The notes below the pieces were generated by a model. That model did not search any database, had not been told where the DNA came from, and saw only the letters and a program-made list of their open reading frames with translations. A DNA stretch of 63,480 bases, the filler included, from Octopus bimaculoides (taxonomy: Eukaryota): NCBI RefSeq assembly GCF_001194135.2. It is 5 parts of 5 records of this genome, joined end to end, with 100 filler letters (N's around TTAATTAATTAA, not from the genome) between each part and the next. Parts side by side here need not be neighbours in the genome. Positions count along the whole stretch, not along the records: positions 58,279 to 63,480 come from NC_068983.1; 4 more parts are not named here. One strand, written 5' to 3'. Positions 60,072-63,480 of this stretch are shown piece after piece (position 1 is the stretch's first letter; each line of letters starts with the position of its first letter). A program made the position numbers and the translations under genes.

Positions 60072-60540
60072 TAGGGGTCACCAGTGTAATAGTTTGATAT
60101 GATAGTAGTGATAGAGACTTTAGTCTCTCTCTATCACCTTTCAACAGCATTTTTAATGAAGAGACATTAGAACAATTAACAACATAATAAAAAGGTTTTA
60201 TTTATAACTATGATGCTTGGTTTCACAATTCCTGTCATTCTGCTTAGCCGTCGCTGATTTAGATGTAGTTTGGTAATGGAAGGTTAAGGTCTTCCTTGAT
60301 GCCTGCCAAAGAACAGAGTAGCTATCACATCGATAACATCATGATGAAAAGTGCTTCGTGGAGGAGCGAGGAGTTGTCATGTAGAAGGTCTGAGCTCAAC
60401 TCGCCTAACAAAGTGAAACCACTGTTTAAGTACGAGTTTTACTACGCATGCCCAACTCGAGGGGCTTCCGGTGGTGAAATCCCCTGCGCATGCGCAGAAT
60501 AGTACTTCCTCAATGGCGGCTATAATTTCGCGCCACTACA
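60072..60540 (-). mobile_element. 5' LTR of a second Gypsy family (60085-60540) plus a tRNA-Trp-type PBS (60072-60083)
   Basis: Minus strand: TGTAGT...TATTACA, 1 nt, then TGGTGACCCCTA. An AATAAA lies inside the LTR near 60197-60202. Confidence 0.8.
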
Positions 60541-60612
60541 CCTATTTCATTTGCTACCTCAACAACATCTTTTGTCACACCAACCTGCTACAACACTCTC
60601 TCGCTCCTACTC

Positions 60613-61630
60613 TTCCAATAGGTTCTCAGTGAGTTGAAATCATTCACACGATAACATGGCTCCCCACAAAAATGTGAATTACTTTCTCTGTTTACTAAAA
60701 TTTTTAGATGTTTATAGACATCTCTATCTTAAGTACGATGTGATATTCCATGGATAAATTCCTTCATTGTAAATATGGTGGGGTGTTTATAGATAGAATA
60801 CTATAGCTTCTTAAAACTGTGAGATGTTGCTTATAAGTTTTGATATCTTAGCTATGCTAGTTCCAACTTATCGACGCTACTGTCCACAATTTCATAAATT
60901 TCCATATCTTAGCTATAGTAAATCTAGATATATTCACATATTCGCCCCCACGCTGGAATTTTGGAGAGCCTAATTGTTTTTTCCCTCTTCGTCTTCCATC
61001 CCATCTCTCTCTATCTCCTGCTTCTCCTCTTCCAATGGGTTCTCAGTGCTCCTGAAATCATTCACACGATGACATGGTTATTTAACAGCTCTACACAAAA
61101 ATGTGTAAGCCTTTTCTATTACTTTCTGTTTGCTAAAACTTTCAGATGTTTATAGAGATTACTATCTTAAGTACGATGTAATTTTCCATAGATAAATTCC
61201 TTCATCGTAAATACAATGGGGTATTTATATATAGAATACTAAAGCTTCTTAAAACTGTGAGATGTTGTTTATAAATTTCGACATCTGAGCTATGCTTTTT
61301 CCAACTTTTCGACGTTGCTCTCAAAAGTTTCATAAATTTCCATAGTTTACATGCAGGTTCCTTCCAAAAATCTAGAATTCTATACATAAATTCGTCTCCA
61401 CGCTGGAATTTTAGCGAGCTTACCTGACTCTTACCTCTTCACCTCCCTTCCCCCCTCTCACTCTGTCCGCTCCCCTTGCAATGGATTCTCAGTGCTGCTG
61501 AAATCATTCACACGATGACAAGACTATTTAACAGCTCCCCATAAAAATGTGTAAGCCTTTTCTATTACTTCATTTGCCAAAACTTTCAGAAATTTATAGA
61601 CACTTCTATGAGTTTTTCCATACATAAATT
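60613..61630. repeat. Diverged tandem repeat, about 2.3 units of 417-446 bp
   Basis: The anchor TT(C/G)CAAT(A/G)G(G/A)TTCTCAGTG...GAAATCATTCACACGAT occurs at 60613, 61030 and 61476. The third unit is cut by an LTR. Confidence 0.85.
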
Positions 61631-63480
61631 TATAGGAATAGTGGTTATACACCATTAGGTGTACACCTGCTTTCCTATATTAAATTCAGAATAAACGGAA
61701 CGCAGAACTCTGAACTATCAACACAACAATATTTATTTATGTAGGAAAATAGGCATCTTGGTTGTTGAGACGCCTTCTGTGAGAGAGCATGGTTGCTTAG
61801 ACGTTGGAATGTTGATGTGAGCTGTCCCCAGAGTTGAAAAGATGGAGAGACAACTTGACACGTCCATGCTCAATCGCCGGCCGGCCGAGAAAGAGTTCCC
61901 AGAGTTCGAAAGATGGAGACAGGCTGCTTGTACGTCTGAGCTCATGGCCGGCCGGCTGAGAAAGAGAATGAAAAAAGCGGGAACGTTTAGATGTTGAATT
62001 CCACGCATCCGCATGAGAATAGGGCGTTACTACAGGGCTCCCCTTGCCAGTGCGGAACGCACGAAAATAGAAAATTGGAGGAACGCCTGAGGCAGGATGG
62101 CCACTGAAAACCAACCACAAGATGTGGCACAGACACACACAAAGAAAATCAAAGAAATGAATGTACACTTGTGAGATACATGCATGCAATGTTTCTGAAA
62201 GGAAAGAAAATATATGAGTGCACAAGTGTGTGTGTGAGAAAAAAACACAGAACATATTAAAAGTATCTGTAGAGAAAAAATCCAGTTCGTATAAGAGTTG
62301 CACAAGATTATAGCATGTCCATACGCAGGAAATTGTGGTCAGTGAGCAGAGCTGTAGTTGAGCATCGGATGCTAGTTGTGACCTGTTACCTGGTACGGAA
62401 TATTCTATAAAAGTTACACAAGGAAATTTGGAATGTTAATACGCAGGAAGTCGTGGTTAGTGAGCAGAGTTATAGTTGAGCGTCGGATGCTAGTTGAGAC
62501 CTGTTACCTGGTACTGAATATTCCAGTTGGTTAGTTCTGACTTTTGTCCGTGAGTGGATACTCCACTCATACAGTGAATATAAAACCGAGTGTGTTGATA
62601 TTGGTGTGTCCCTGGTGGTGGGGTTGTTGGCGCACGACATTGTGGTAGACAGTACATTGGTGGTGAAGGCGTCGGCGCTGGAACTGGCTATAGCTGTGTT
62701 CTGTATGTGTGTGGTGATAATGATGTCATGTTGACGCTGTTGGCGACGTCGGGGGGATGCTTGTAGTTGGTAGTGGTTGTTGTCGACGGCGGTGGTAATC
62801 TTGGTTGGACTAAGCTGTTGATGGAGTCGCTGTAAACTGGCTGTGTTCTGTATGTGTGGTGGTAATGTTGACAGTGGTGTTTGAAAAGGTACGCTTTTTC
62901 AGACGGTCGACAGACACAATCTCTGTACGACCATTAGCGTCGACCTTGATGAGTGGCATTGCTGGAAAATGACCAAAAGATCTCGATGCAAATGAATATA
63001 AGCCAGTAACTCTTCCATTCTCCGGCCGAGAGAAACGGAGAGGTGTGTAATATGCTGAACTGGGAACAAGTAAGTATCAATAAATGTTATGTACTCACTG
63101 AAATGTAACTGCATTTTCTAACTGTGACGAGCATGTTGAGAGACAGTTGACGGCTCGCGTAGTATTATCGGTTGGTAGTTCAGATTTCGTGGCTGCGGTT
63201 GTTCTCACGTCGGGGTCACCACTTTTATAGGAATAGTGGTTATACACCATTATGTGTACACCTGCTTTCCTATATTAAATTCAGAATAAACGGAACGCAG
63301 AACTCTGAACTATCAAAACAACAATATTTATTTATGTAAGAAAATAGGCATCTTTAATCTTGGTTGTTGAGACGCCTTCTGTGAGAGAGCATGGTTGCTT
63401 AGACGTTGGAATGTTGATGTGAGCTGTCCCCAGAGTTGAAAAGATGGAGAGACAACTTGACACGTCCATGCTCAATCGCC
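61631..63480 (-). mobile_element. Short non-autonomous Gypsy-derived LTR element (3' LTR 61631-62034, PPT about 62035-62046, PBS 63205-63221, 5' LTR from 63226 to beyond the window)
   Basis: The LTRs are near-identical. PBS TGGTGACCCCGACGTGA is complementary to the tRNA-Trp 3' end, and PPT AAGGGGAGCCC precedes TGTAG. The internal region is ~1.19 kb and retains only the integrase tail VDANGRTEIVSVDRLKK. Confidence 0.9.

Overview
Eukaryotic, AT-rich, repeat-saturated draft scaffold with many N gaps, very probably an octopod cephalopod (inferred from a mollusc-type mitochondrial ND1 insert, KRAB-less C2H2 arrays and the SINE families). Only two clearly intact host genes are visible: convergent C2H2 zinc-finger ORFs with 10 fingers (+, 22734-23669) and 9 fingers (-, 29549-30433). 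The rest is at least four tRNA-headed SINE families, an RTE-tail repeat family, mariner, hAT and piggyBac elements, R4/Dong-like, RTE and L1/Tx1-like LINE fragments, a nest of Gypsy LTR elements with tRNA-Trp primer sites, microsatellites and many fold-back palindromes. The most notable signal is a set of minimal type-I hammerhead ribozyme motifs of the Penelope-like kind. One has an intact core inside a 165-bp inverted-repeat element, one sits downstream of a tRNA-derived SINE head, one lies at the axis of a fold-back palindrome, and two are decayed. All calls were made by eye, with no database searches or folding software.
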